From positions 1 through 43,601 of the IMG/VR virus record IMGVR_UViG_3300045988_013455: a stretch of DNA of 43,601 bases. One strand, given 5' to 3'. The notes under the pieces are model-generated. The model ran no database searches, was not told where the DNA came from, and saw only the letters and a program-made list of their open reading frames with translations. This document shows, one piece after another, positions 43,386 through 43,601 of the stretch (positions within the stretch are counted from its first letter, which is position 1; every line of letters starts with the position of its first letter). The position numbers were made by a program, and so were the translations under genes. This DNA is from a virus (taxonomy: Duplodnaviria > Heunggongvirae > Uroviricota > Caudoviricetes).

Positions 43386-43601
43386 ATGGAGTTTGTCGTT
43401 AACCGTATCCCGGACGGCGTTCCGGTACGCGTCTATCTTGGCGAGATTGGTGATGATACAGACGTAACGGACGACTTCGATGCGCTTAAAGACGAAGACG
43501 CCGTGTACCATATTATCGAGGGTGCGGGTAGCGGGGCGCTCGGTGTAGTCAGTAAGGTATTTGGTTTTATCCTTAAGCCAATTGCTAAGCTGTTTGGGCT
43601 G
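43386..43601 (+). CDS. 5' part of the gpI/gpJ-like tail-tip gene (continues in frame at position 1; start ATG 43380 or 43386)
   Basis: DAVYHIIEGAGSGALGVVSKVFGFIL resembles the C-terminal segment of lambda gpI; no stop before the window end. Confidence 0.6.
   Translation, partial: MEFVVNRIPDGVPVRVYLGEIGDDTDVTDDFDALKDEDAVYHIIEGAGSGALGVVSKVFGFILKPIAKLFGL
43547..43601. repeat. Terminal direct repeat, identical to 1..55
   Basis: Exact 55-nt identity with the window start. Confidence 0.9.

Noticed and set aside
1-43601. CRISPR arrays and tRNA genes
   Set aside because: No regularly spaced direct repeats with unique spacers, and no intergenic segment with a recognisable cloverleaf or T-loop motif, were seen; a tRNAscan run would be needed for certainty.
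1-43601. Phage-encoded single-subunit RNA polymerase suggested by the highly conserved promoter module
   Set aside because: No ORF of suitable size or motif content exists; the conserved modules fit sigma70 geometry (-35, 17-18 bp spacer, -10).

Overview
The window is a complete, circularly permuted genome (about 43.5 kb unique) of a tailed dsDNA phage with siphovirus-type organisation and no integrase, so it appears virulent. All calls are from reading the sequence and the supplied ORF translations by eye; no database search was run. The first 55 nt (1..55) are identical to the last 55 nt (43547..43601), so the tail-tip gene is split by the window edge. Layout: (i) two receptor-binding genes at 43386..4219, a gpI/gpJ-like tail-tip protein and a beta-helix tailspike; (ii) a long leftward early/replication operon at 16183..4248 with AlpA-like HTH, PrimPol-helicase, Cas4-like nuclease, gp2.5-like SSB, family-A DNA polymerase, VRR-NUC, HNH-AP2 endonuclease and SNF2-like helicase; (iii) a rightward early block of small genes at 16678..19735 ending in an HslV-like peptidase; (iv) holin(s) and GH24 endolysin at 19795..20834; (v) small genes, then terminase, portal, head, Rz/Rz1 spanins, scaffold, capsid, connector, tail, tape measure and tail-tip genes at 21016..43323. 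Three leftward cassettes (26194..26965, 28606..28818, 36073..37864) are inserted antisense into the late structural operon, each with its own sigma70-like promoter and bounded by bidirectional terminators. The largest cassette encodes an HTH-metallophosphoesterase with SbcD/Mre11-like motifs. These cassettes, the HslV-like gene and an ORF-poor promoter-to-terminator unit (28948..29180) are the best candidates for undescribed host-takeover, exclusion or anti-defence functions. No CRISPR array, tRNA, integrase or methyltransferase was recognised.
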